DNA from: Gaiellaceae bacterium
Lineage (GTDB): Bacteria; Actinomycetota; Thermoleophilia; Gaiellales; Gaiellaceae
Direction: 5' to 3'
Assembly: GCA_036271615.1 (NCBI GenBank)
Contig: DATBAH010000084.1
Span: 1 to 50,547, forward strand
DNA length: 50,547 nucleotides
Shown: one piece after another, positions 1 through 13,717 of the stretch
Layout of the letters: every line of letters begins with the position of its first letter
Position numbering within the stretch: the stretch's first letter is position 1
The notes under the pieces: generated by a model
What the model saw: only the letters and a program-made list of their open reading frames with translations
Told to the model about the DNA's origin: nothing
The model's database searches: none
Position numbers and translations under genes: made by a program

Positions 1-2129
<2,129 letters not shown>

Positions 2130-2146
2130 GTTCTCCCCAGTCCCTT

Positions 2147-5833
<3,687 letters not shown>

Positions 5834-6025
5834 GTAGAACAGCCTCCCTTGAAGCGAGCGAGAACGGGCAAGAAATCGGCGTGAGAGCTAGCAGCGGCGA
5901 ACGTCGGCGCAACCAGCCAGGGTACCGGATCGACCCCCCTCACCGCAAGCCGAAGCCTCGGCGGCCGCCGGTATCCCCGGAACTGTAGCTCCGGGCCGAC
6001 GATTCGGCAAGCGGAAGCAGCGACC

Positions 6026-6056
6026 GGTACCTGGTACCCGCCGGGTACCAGGTACC
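6026..6056 (-). terminator. Perfect 14-bp stem hairpin between rplL and rpoB (possible attenuator or processing site)
   Basis: GGTACCTGGTACCC-gcc-GGGTACCAGGTACC, read directly. It sits 16 nt downstream of the rplL stop. There is no clear U-tract, so it may be a partial terminator or an RNase site, as is known for the rplL-rpoB spacer in other bacteria. Confidence 0.4.
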
Positions 6057-6071
6057 TGCCTCCGAGACGCG

Positions 6072-6446
6072 TTACTTCAGCTCGACGGTCGCGCCGGCCT
6101 CTTCGAGCTGCCCCTTGATCTGGTCGGCCTCTTCCTGGGCTACGGCCTCCTTGACCGGCTTCGGAGCCGAGTCCACGAGGTCCTTCGCCTCTTTGAGGCC
6201 GAGCCCGGTGACGGCACGCACGACCTTGATCACCTGGATCTTCTGGCCGCCCGCCGCGGTGAGGACGACGTCGAAGGACGTCTTCTCCTCCGCCGCTGCG
6301 CCGTCGCCGCCTCCGCCGCCCGGCGCTGCGACCGCCACGGGAGCGGCGGCGGTGACGCCCCACTCCTCCTCGATCTTGTCCTTCAGCTCGACCAACTCGA
6401 GGACGGACATCTTCCCGAGCTCGTCGAAGATCTTGTCGACTGCCAT
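6072..6446 (-). CDS. rplL: 50S ribosomal protein L7/L12
   Basis: 124 aa. N-terminal dimerisation helix, Ala/Gly hinge, and C-terminal domain [23 protein letters not shown]...[10 protein letters not shown]. Confidence 0.97.
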   Translation of the reverse strand: MAVDKIFDELGKMSVLELVELKDKIEEEWGVTAAAPVAVAAPGGGGGDGAAAEEKTSFDVVLTAAGGQKIQVIKVVRAVTGLGLKEAKDLVDSAPKPVKEAVAQEEADQIKGQLEEAGATVELK

Positions 6447-7145
6447 CTAACTCTCCTCCTGGGTTTCCGGATCTGCCGCGTCGGGCTCTTCCTCTTCGGC
6501 GGCGGACGCTGCGGCGTCCGCCTCTGTGGTCTCTTCCGCCGACTCCTCCTCGGCGGCAGGCTCCGCCTCGACTGCTGCTTCCTCGGCGGCCGGCGTCTCT
6601 TCCTCTGCTGGTGTTTCGTCTTGGCCGCCGAGTTGCTCGATGCGTGCGTCGATGAGCCCGACGAGATTCTGGAGCGGCGCGTTGAGCAGGCCGGCAAGAG
6701 CGGTGAGCGGAGCGACGATCGCGCCGAGCACCTGCCCGCGCAGCACGTCCTCCGGCGGCAGCTTGGCGAGGGTCTCGACCTCGGCCGCGGTCACGGTGCG
6801 TCCCTGCATGATCCCGCCGCGGATCTCGAGCACGTTCGTCTCGCGCGCCGAATCGGCGAGCGCCTTCGCAGCGGCGAGCATGTCGCCGTCGGTCTCGAGG
6901 AACGCGATCGCGCTCGGGCCGTCGAGCATGGCGAGCAGCGCATCGGCGCCTGCCGCCTCGGCCGCCCGACGCGTGAGCGTGTTCTTGACGACCGTGAAGC
7001 GCGCGCCGCTCGCGAGCAGCCGTGTGCGGAGCTCGTCGATCTGGGGCATCGTCAGCCCGCGGTAGTCCGCCACGAGCAGCGTGTCCGCAGCCTTGAGGCG
7101 CTGCGTCAGCTCGTCGACAACCTGTTCTTTCTGTTCTCTCTTCAT
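6447..7145 (-). CDS. rplJ: 50S ribosomal protein L10 with a ~55-aa acidic C-terminal tail
   Basis: The first ~175 aa are L10-like (VADYRGLTMPQIDELRTRL..ARFTVVKNTL). The stop abuts the rplL ATG (TAGATG). The tail is Glu/Ala/Pro rich. Confidence 0.95.
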   Translation of the reverse strand: MKREQKEQVVDELTQRLKAADTLLVADYRGLTMPQIDELRTRLLASGARFTVVKNTLTRRAAEAAGADALLAMLDGPSAIAFLETDGDMLAAAKALADSARETNVLEIRGGIMQGRTVTAAEVETLAKLPPEDVLRGQVLGAIVAPLTALAGLLNAPLQNLVGLIDARIEQLGGQDETPAEEETPAAEEAAVEAEPAAEEESAEETTEADAAASAAEEEEPDAADPETQEES

Positions 7146-7215
7146 CTCACCTCGACTGGTCTTCCGCCCCCTCAGAGAGGGCTGCCAGTGGTCTTCGGCG
7201 GTTTACGGTCCAGTG

Positions 7216-7962
7216 CTAGGCCGGAACTGTAGCGGCCTCCCGCGGCTGTTCGTCCAACTCTTCGACGATGCCTCTGATCCGCGCCGGATCGACGTGGATG
7301 CCGGGGCCCATCGTGCTCGTCAGCGTGATCTGCTGGATGTAGCGGCCCTTCGCGGCCGACGGCTTGGCGCGGACGATCTCGTCGAGCACGGCGGCGTAGT
7401 TCTCCACCAGCGCACGCTCGTCGAAGCTCTTCTTGCCGATCACGACATGGACGTTCGCGCCGCGGTCGGTGCGGTACTCGAGCTTGCCGGCCTTCGCCTC
7501 GGAGACAGCCTTGCCGACGTCCATCGTCACCGTGCCGGTCTTCGGGTTCGGCATCAGCCCGCGCGGGCCGAGGATCCGGCCCAGCTTGCCGACGTTGCCC
7601 ATCTGGTCGGGCGTCGCGATCGCGACGTCGAACTCCGTGAAGCCCTCCTCGATCCGCTTCGCGAGGTCGGCCGAGCCGACGACGTCCGCGCCGGCCTGCT
7701 CCGCCTCGCGCGCCTTGTCGCCCTCGGCGAACACTGCGATGCGAACGTCCCTCCCGCTGCCGTGCGGGAGCATGAGGGTGCCGCGCAACTGCTCGTCGGC
7801 GTGGCGGACGTTGAGGCCGAGCCGGAAGTGGAGCTCGACGCTCTCGTCGAACTTCGTCGCGCCCATCGCCTTCAGCAGGCGAACGGCCTCGACCGGCGAG
7901 TAGACCTCCTCGCGGTCGAACGACGCGCGCGAATCGCGGTACCGCTTGCCGTGCTGTGCCAT
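7216..7962 (-). CDS. rplA: 50S ribosomal protein L1
   Basis: 248 aa: GKRYR...FDESVELHFRLGLNVRHADEQLRGT..LPHG.G...GPRGLMPNPKTGTVT. The ATG overlaps the rplK stop (TAATG). Confidence 0.97.
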   Translation of the reverse strand: MAQHGKRYRDSRASFDREEVYSPVEAVRLLKAMGATKFDESVELHFRLGLNVRHADEQLRGTLMLPHGSGRDVRIAVFAEGDKAREAEQAGADVVGSADLAKRIEEGFTEFDVAIATPDQMGNVGKLGRILGPRGLMPNPKTGTVTMDVGKAVSEAKAGKLEYRTDRGANVHVVIGKKSFDERALVENYAAVLDEIVRAKPSAAKGRYIQQITLTSTMGPGIHVDPARIRGIVEELDEQPREAATVPA

Positions 7963-8387
7963 TACAGATCCACCTCCACTCCCATGCTCCTCGCGGTGCC
8001 GGCGATGATCTTTGCAGCCTGGTCGATGTCGCGCGCGTTCAGGTCGGGCATCTTCGTCTCGGCGATCCTCTCCACCTGCTGGCGCGAGAGGCGGCCGACC
8101 TTTTCCCGGTTCGGCTCGCCTGAGCCCTTGCTCAGCCGCAGCGCCTCCTTGATCAGGACGGCGGCCGGCGGCGTCTTGGTGATGAACGTGAACGAGCGAT
8201 CCTCGAAGACCGTGATCTCGACGGGGGTGATGCGGCCGTTCTGGTCGGCCGTCTGCGCGTTGAACGCCTTGCAGAACTCCATGATGTTGACGCCGTGCTG
8301 ACCGAGCGCGGGGCCGACCGGCGGGGCCGGATTCGCCTGGCCGCCGGGGATCTGGAGCTTGATCAGGGTGAGAACCTTCTTCGCCAT
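7962..8387 (-). CDS. rplK: 50S ribosomal protein L11
   Basis: 141 aa: [34 protein letters not shown]. Confidence 0.97.
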   Translation of the reverse strand: MAKKVLTLIKLQIPGGQANPAPPVGPALGQHGVNIMEFCKAFNAQTADQNGRITPVEITVFEDRSFTFITKTPPAAVLIKEALRLSKGSGEPNREKVGRLSRQQVERIAETKMPDLNARDIDQAAKIIAGTARSMGVEVDL

Positions 8388-8395
8388 CTACTTCC

Positions 8396-8926
8396 TCAGT
8401 CGAGTTTCTTCACGTTGTCGAAACCAACCTCGACCGGCACCTGCCGCTCGAAGATGTTCACCATCACCTGCAGCTTCTGCCCGTCGGGGTTGACGTCGGT
8501 GATCTCGCCGTCGAAGTCCGCGAGCGGGCCGGAGGTGATCTTGACCGACTCGCCCAGCTGGAACTCGACCTGCGAGCGCTGAGCGACCGCTGACCCGATC
8601 CCCGTGTGCAGGATCCGGTCGACCTCGGGCTGCGAGAGCGGGACGGGCGTCGCGCCGGCGCCGACGAAACCCGTCACGCCGGGCGTGTTCTTCACGACCG
8701 TCCAGGCGTCGTCGTTGAGATCCATGTTCACGAGCACGTAGCCCGGCAGCGTGCGCTTCTCGGCCTGCACCTTCTGGCCGTCCTTCGTCTCGATCACCTG
8801 CTCGGTGGGGACGACGACGCGCCGGAAGCGGGAGCGTTGGTTCATCGACTCGATCCGGTGCTCGAGATTGGTCTTCACCTTGTTCTCGTGCCCGGAATAG
8901 GTGTTGATCACATACCAGCGGAACAT
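8396..8926 (-). CDS. nusG: Transcription termination/antitermination factor NusG
   Basis: The track ORF 8396..9721 is over-extended. The NusG-like sequence starts at MFRWYVINTYSGHENKVK (ATG at 8926) and contains NGN and KOW (GESVKITSGPLADFDGEITDV) regions. Confidence 0.95.
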   Translation of the reverse strand: MFRWYVINTYSGHENKVKTNLEHRIESMNQRSRFRRVVVPTEQVIETKDGQKVQAEKRTLPGYVLVNMDLNDDAWTVVKNTPGVTGFVGAGATPVPLSQPEVDRILHTGIGSAVAQRSQVEFQLGESVKITSGPLADFDGEITDVNPDGQKLQVMVNIFERQVPVEVGFDNVKKLD

Positions 8927-8940
8927 TCGTCTCTCGTTTC

Positions 8941-9285
8941 CTAGCGAAGGAGTAGGTGCTTGACCACGTACTCCCACACGCGGTCGTTCAGGTACAGGTA
9001 GAGGCCGGTGATGAGGCAGGCGACGATGACGACGGCGGTGCCACTGATCAGCTGCTGCTGGTTCGGCCACTCGACCTTCTTCAGCTCCGCCCAGGACTCC
9101 TGGAAGAAGCGAAGGCCCGGAGTCCCCGGCCGGACCTCGTCCTGACGCTCGGGACGCGGCTCGGCGGGCTGCCTCGGCGGTTCCTCCTCGGTGGTCGGGC
9201 GTGCCCGAGGCGTGGGCCGGAGCGGCGGGGTACCCGCGGCCTGCGCGCGGCGCTGGCGGCGCTGCTGGCGTGTCGAGCGGGCCAC
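8941..9285 (-). CDS. secE: Preprotein translocase subunit SecE (Arg/Pro-rich N-terminal region, single C-terminal TM)
   Basis: The C-terminus FFQESWAELKKVEWPNQQQLISGTAVVIVACLITGLYLYLNDRV is SecE-like. I place the start at the in-frame GTG 9285, which overlaps the rpmG stop (TAGTG). The ATG at 9402 would lie inside rpmG. Confidence 0.8.
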   Translation of the reverse strand: MARSTRQQRRQRRAQAAGTPPLRPTPRARPTTEEEPPRQPAEPRPERQDEVRPGTPGLRFFQESWAELKKVEWPNQQQLISGTAVVIVACLITGLYLYLNDRVWEYVVKHLLLR

Positions 9286-9446
9286 TAGCGGGTCTCCCGG
9301 TGCACGGTGTGGCAGCCGCACCAGCGGCAGTACTTGCGGAACTCGACGCGGTCGGGCGAGTTGCGCTTCGACTTCTGCGTCTGATAGTTCCGCCGCCTGC
9401 ACTCGGTACAGGCGAGCGTGATTGCGACTCTGACTCCGGTTGCCAT
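9285..9446 (-). CDS. rpmG: 50S ribosomal protein L33
   Basis: Absent from the ORF track (53 aa). My translation is [53 protein letters not shown], with the CxxC...CxxC zinc ribbon typical of L33. Confidence 0.9.
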   Translation of the reverse strand: MATGVRVAITLACTECRRRNYQTQKSKRNSPDRVEFRKYCRWCGCHTVHRETR

Positions 9447-9478
9447 TTTTTTCTTTCGCTCCGACGGACGCGCTCCAG

Positions 9479-9552
9479 TAGCGCCGGGTGGGCTCGAACC
9501 ACCGACCTCTGCATTATGAGTGCAGCGCTCTGACCAGCTGAGCTACGGCGCC
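9479..9552 (-). tRNA. tRNA-Met (CAU), elongator-like; a lysidine-modified tRNA-Ile2 cannot be excluded
   Basis: Hand-folded cloverleaf: GGCGCCG/CGGCGCT acceptor (G1:U72), GCTC/GAGC D stem, CTGCA-CTCATAA-TGCAG anticodon arm, GGTGG-TTCGAGC-CCACC T arm. No encoded CCA. Confidence 0.88.
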
Positions 9553-12455
9553 TAGCGCCGGCGCATAGTAGCGGAGAAGAAGGCGGCGGCTCCGGCCGCC
9601 GCGGCGACGAGCACGGCCGCCTTTGCGGCCGTCCGCGGGCGCGACGGCCGCGGACGCACCTCGTAGTAGAGACGCTCGGGCTTCGGCCCCTCCGGGCCCG
9701 CGGCGCCGTGCTCGCGCGCAAGCTTCAGCACCTGCGCGACGTGCAGCGCCCGCCGCCCTGTGCTTCCCTGCTCGATCTGCGTCTTGCAGGAGAAGCCGTC
9801 GGCGACGACGATCGTCTCCTCGTCGAGCTCGCGCACCTTCGGGAGAAGTCCCTGCTCGCCGCACTGCATCGAGATCTCGTGGTGCGCCGCCTCGAAGCCC
9901 CACGAGCCGGCGAGCCCGCAGCAGCCGGCCCGCAACGTCTCGACCTCGACGCCCATCTTCTGCAGGAGCTCGACCTCCGGCTCGATGCCGCCGGTGGCCT
10001 TGTGGTGGCAATGGCCCCAGAGGAAGGCCTTTCGTTCCAACGGCGGCGGCTCGACGCCGAACTGCTGGAAGAACTCCGCGAAGTGGTACGTGCTCTCGGC
10101 GAGCCGTTTCGCGTCGTCGTCGTTCGGCAGGAGCTTCCCGAGCTCGTCCTTGAAGACCGCCACACAGCTCGGCTCGAGCCCGACGATCGGGACTCCCTCG
10201 CGATACCACTCGCGCAGCTGGTCGAGGCTGCGGCGGAGGTAGCGCTCCGCGAGGTCGAGGAAGCCGTAGTCGTAGAGCGGCCGGCCGCAGCAGACGTGTC
10301 CCTCGGGGACGATGACGTGCCAGCCCGCCGCCTCGAGCGCCTCGACCGCGGCGACGCCGACGTCGGTGTGCAGGTGGTTGTTGAACGTGTCGGGGAAGAG
10401 CACGACCTTCCGCCCGTGCGGGTTCGTCGTCCCGCCGCGCCGGGCGAACCACTGCTGCAGCGTGAGCGGCGCGAACACCGGCACCTCGCGCTCGTGCGTC
10501 ATCCCGGCCGCGAGCTTGAGGGCCTGCGCGAAGGGCGGCGTGTGCGTGAGGAAGTTGACGACGCCCGGCGCCCGCGAGGCGACCCGCGACACCTGGTCGA
10601 TCAGCCCGAACGCGTACGCATGGCGCGGGCGAAGCCTGTGCTTCCAGCGGTTGTGGAGGAACTCCGCCTTGAGGGTCGGCATGTCGATCCCGGTCGGACA
10701 CTCCTTCGTGCAGCCTTTGCACGCGAGGCACAGGTCGAGCGCCTCCATCACCTCGTCCGACTGCCAGCGGTCGGTGATGACCTCCCCCTCGAGCATCTCG
10801 AACAGGAGCCGCGTGCGGCCGCGGGTCGAGTGCATCTCCTCGCGCGTCGCCATGAAGGACGGGCACATCACGTCGACTCCGCCGGGCGTGCGGCACTTGC
10901 CGACGCCGACGCAGCGGACGGTTGCGTGGGCGAAGTCGCCGTGGTCCCGCGGATAGCCGAACTTGACCTTCGGCCGCCACGGTTCGTAGTCGGGGCCGAG
11001 GCGGAGGTTCTCGTCGACGCGGTAGGGCTCGACGACCTTGCCCGGGTTCATCTTCCAGTCGGGGTCCCAGATCGACTTGAACTCCTCGAAGGCGCGGATC
11101 AGGTCTTCGCCGAACATCTTCGGCAGGAGCTCCGCGCGCGCCTGGCCGTCGCCGTGCTCACCCGAGATCGAGCCGCCGAGCTCGATCACGAGGTCGCTCG
11201 CCTCGTCGAGCCAGCGGCGGAACTTCGCGACTCCCGGCTTCGTCACGAGGTCGAAGTTCCAGCGCGCGTGCACGCAGCCCTGGCCGTAGTGGCCGTAGAG
11301 CGAGGCCTCGTAGCTGTAGCGGTCGGCGAGCTTCGAGAGGCGGCGGAGGTACTCGCCGAGGCGCTCGGGCGGGACGGCCGAGTCCTCCCAGCCCTCGTGG
11401 GTGTCGTCCTTGCCGGGAACGAAGGCAGTCGCGCCGAGACCCGCTTCGCGCACCTGCCAGATGTGCTGCTCTGCGGCCGGGTCGTGGTAGAGCTTCATCC
11501 CGGACGGCGGGTGGCCGTCCTGCTCGAGATCGCGCATCAGCGCGCGCGCCTTCGCGTCGGACTCTTCCTTCGTCTCGCCGCCGAACTCGACGAGGAGCCA
11601 GCCGCCGCCGTCCGGCAGCATCGAGCGCTCGGGCCGGTGGATGCCGAGCAGCGTCATGTCGTCGATCAACGTCGCGTCCATCCCCTCGATCGAGATCGGC
11701 CGGTGCTCTCGCGCGATCGTGACGTGGTCCGCGGTGCTGAACTTGTCGGGATAGCCGACGGCGACGAGCGACACGCACGCCGGCTTCGGGATCAGCTCGA
11801 GCGTCGCCTCGAGGATCGTCACGCAGGTCGACTCGGTGCCGACGAGCGAGCGCGCGACCTCGAATCCGTTCTCCGGCAGGAGCTCGTCGAGGTTGTAGCC
11901 CGAGACTCGCCGGGGGATCTGCGGATAGCGCGCACGGATCTCGTCTGCGTTGGCCTGCGCGAGTGCGCGCAGCCGCGCGGCGATCGCCCCGGGCGTGCCG
12001 ACCCCGCCGGGGCCGATCCGCAGTCGCTCGCCGCGGTACGTGAGCACCTCGAGCTCGACGAGATTGTCGGCGACGCGTGGCCCCGGGCCGTGGAACTCCG
12101 CCTGCACCGAGTGACGGCCGCAGGAGTTGTTGCCGAGCATGCCGCCGAGCGTGCAGTAGGCGTGCGTGGACGGATCGGGCCCGAAGGTGAGGCCGTACTT
12201 CTCGCTCGCCGTCTCGCGGAGCTCGTCGAGCACGCAACCCGGCTGCACGCGGGCGAGACGCCGGTCGGGATCGATCTCGAGAATCTGGTGGAGGTACTTC
12301 GAGCAATCGATCAAGACGGCCGTGTTGCAGCCCTGGCCGGCGAGACTCGTGCCGGCGCCGCGCAGGACGATCGGCGCGCCGTGGTCGCGGCAGACGCGGT
12401 GGATCTCGACGAGCTCGTCGACGTGGCGCGGCACGACGACGCCGATCGGCGGCAT
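9552..12455 (-). CDS. FAD-binding oxidase fused to a (Fe-S)/CCG-domain (GlcD-GlcF-like D-2-hydroxyacid dehydrogenase) with a C-terminal TM anchor
   Basis: 967 aa. N-terminal FAD PCMH-type region (VLRGAGTSLAGQ), central CxxCxxC ferredoxin-like motif (LCLACKGCTKECPTGIDM), and C-terminal Cys-rich repeats (EPSCVAVF, CCGLAGSWGF). A conserved N-terminal sequence continues in frame upstream of 12455 (see findings). Confidence 0.9.
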   Translation of the reverse strand: MPPIGVVVPRHVDELVEIHRVCRDHGAPIVLRGAGTSLAGQGCNTAVLIDCSKYLHQILEIDPDRRLARVQPGCVLDELRETASEKYGLTFGPDPSTHAYCTLGGMLGNNSCGRHSVQAEFHGPGPRVADNLVELEVLTYRGERLRIGPGGVGTPGAIAARLRALAQANADEIRARYPQIPRRVSGYNLDELLPENGFEVARSLVGTESTCVTILEATLELIPKPACVSLVAVGYPDKFSTADHVTIAREHRPISIEGMDATLIDDMTLLGIHRPERSMLPDGGGWLLVEFGGETKEESDAKARALMRDLEQDGHPPSGMKLYHDPAAEQHIWQVREAGLGATAFVPGKDDTHEGWEDSAVPPERLGEYLRRLSKLADRYSYEASLYGHYGQGCVHARWNFDLVTKPGVAKFRRWLDEASDLVIELGGSISGEHGDGQARAELLPKMFGEDLIRAFEEFKSIWDPDWKMNPGKVVEPYRVDENLRLGPDYEPWRPKVKFGYPRDHGDFAHATVRCVGVGKCRTPGGVDVMCPSFMATREEMHSTRGRTRLLFEMLEGEVITDRWQSDEVMEALDLCLACKGCTKECPTGIDMPTLKAEFLHNRWKHRLRPRHAYAFGLIDQVSRVASRAPGVVNFLTHTPPFAQALKLAAGMTHEREVPVFAPLTLQQWFARRGGTTNPHGRKVVLFPDTFNNHLHTDVGVAAVEALEAAGWHVIVPEGHVCCGRPLYDYGFLDLAERYLRRSLDQLREWYREGVPIVGLEPSCVAVFKDELGKLLPNDDDAKRLAESTYHFAEFFQQFGVEPPPLERKAFLWGHCHHKATGGIEPEVELLQKMGVEVETLRAGCCGLAGSWGFEAAHHEISMQCGEQGLLPKVRELDEETIVVADGFSCKTQIEQGSTGRRALHVAQVLKLAREHGAAGPEGPKPERLYYEVRPRPSRPRTAAKAAVLVAAAAGAAAFFSATMRRR

Positions 12456-12627
12456 CCGGTAGTTCGAGGCGTCGGTCGCGTAGAGCGCACGGCTGCCGGC
12501 ATCGAAACGGACCTCGCCCTCGATCGCAGCGCGGAGGTCAGCGGCGAGGCTTCGGCGATCGTGGGTTCGCTTCGGAGTCGTGATGTTCAGCGTGTCACGG
12601 CCGGGCGAGTCGAGTTCGGCTCGGACG

Positions 12628-13428
12628 CTAGGCGTTCTGCGCGACGAAGGCGAGCGTCCGCTGCCAGGCGTCGTCGGAAGCCGCCTGGAACTCCTCCTGC
12701 TTGCGGTCGAAGAAGCTGTGCGGCACGCCCTCGAACTCGACGAGCTCGTACTCCTTCCCCGCGTCGCTCAGCGCCTGCTCGAACGCGACGTTGTCCTCGT
12801 GCGGGATCCCCTGGTCGGCCCCTCCCTGCAGGGCCAGGATCGGCGCGTCCAGGCGCGGCACGAGGTCGATCATCCGGCTTGGCCGGCCGTAGAACCCGAC
12901 AGCTCCGGCGAGCCCGTGGCCCCACGCCGCCGCCGCCCAGGAGCCGCTGCCACCGAAGCAGAAGCCGACGGTGAAGATCGCGCTGCAGCCGAGCGCGCGC
13001 AGGTCGCGGACGCAGGCGCCGACGTCGGCCTGCACCTGCTCTTGCGTGAGCTGCTGCACGAGCGGCATGTAGTCCCAGTCGTCCGGGCGCTTGCCGACAC
13101 CGGCGCTGCGGCCGAAGTAGTCGAAGGCGATCGCGGCGTGGCCGCGCTCGGCGAAGCGAAGCGCGAGCTCCTCGTAGAAACGGTAGAGGCCGCGGACGTC
13201 CGGCAGGATCACGACTCCTGTCGCCAGATCTCCGTCGGGACCAGCGGCGCCTCCGGCGCCGCGGTCTCCCGCCCGCGCATCGGCGGCTTCGCCGTCGATG
13301 CTTCCAGGCAAGGCGCGGAATGCCGCGAAGCGGTTGCCGCCCTCGCTCTCGAGAACGAGGTCGTCGTGCGAGACCGCGGCGCCCGAGATCCGCGGGATCG
13401 GCGGCTCGGAATCGAGGTCGAAGCACAT
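12628..13428 (-). CDS. Dienelactone hydrolase family protein
   Basis: The track ORF 12628..13950 is over-extended. The DLH-like sequence begins at MCFDLDSEPPIPRISG (ATG 13428) and contains the nucleophile elbow GFCFGG and C-terminal HSFFD. Confidence 0.85.
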   Translation of the reverse strand: MCFDLDSEPPIPRISGAAVSHDDLVLESEGGNRFAAFRALPGSIDGEAADARAGDRGAGGAAGPDGDLATGVVILPDVRGLYRFYEELALRFAERGHAAIAFDYFGRSAGVGKRPDDWDYMPLVQQLTQEQVQADVGACVRDLRALGCSAIFTVGFCFGGSGSWAAAAWGHGLAGAVGFYGRPSRMIDLVPRLDAPILALQGGADQGIPHEDNVAFEQALSDAGKEYELVEFEGVPHSFFDRKQEEFQAASDDAWQRTLAFVAQNA

Positions 13429-13480
13429 GGCTGCGAGCGTACGAAAGGAGCCGCACTCTCTGCGGCGTACCCTGAGTGCG

Positions 13481-13675
13481 GTGGACGACGAGTCGCAGCG
13501 CGAGGAGATGAACGAGGCGATCCGCGCACAGCGCGAGCGGGGAGCGGTTCCGCGCTCGATGCTCCCGCCCGAGGACGAGCTGCCGGAACAGCCCTCGCCC
13601 GTGGCCGAGCCGACGCCTGCCGAGCCTCCTCCGCCGCCGAAACGCAGCCTCTTGGACCGGTTCCTGGGACGCTGA
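13481..13675 (+). CDS. Small hypothetical protein (Pro/Glu-rich); start uncertain
   Basis: High third-position GC through the frame ...MNEAIRAQRERGAVPRSMLPPEDELPEQPSPVAEPTPAEPPPPPKRSLLDRFLGR. No recognisable family. GTG 13481 is chosen because ATG 13427 would overlap the divergent DLH start. Confidence 0.3.
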   Translation: MDDESQREEMNEAIRAQRERGAVPRSMLPPEDELPEQPSPVAEPTPAEPPPPPKRSLLDRFLGR

Positions 13676-13717
13676 GCCCGTAACCAGAACCCGCCCGCGA
13701 CGTTTACCGAGCGTCGC

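Noticed and set aside
7146-7215. Possible L10 (rplJ) leader autoregulatory RNA
   Set aside because: The position is right and GACCACTGG/GACCAGTCG segments exist. I could not fold a convincing L10-leader-like structure by hand, so I do not call it.
8396-9721. 441-aa ORF-track call for the nusG frame
   Set aside because: Its upstream 265 codons run through secE, rpmG and tRNA-Met in a wrong frame with Arg/Pro-rich sequence. NusG homology starts at Met 8926.
9708-12974. 1088-aa plus-strand ORF
   Set aside because: It is antisense to the FAD/Fe-S oxidase and dienelactone hydrolase genes, is Arg/Ala-rich, and has no recognisable motifs.
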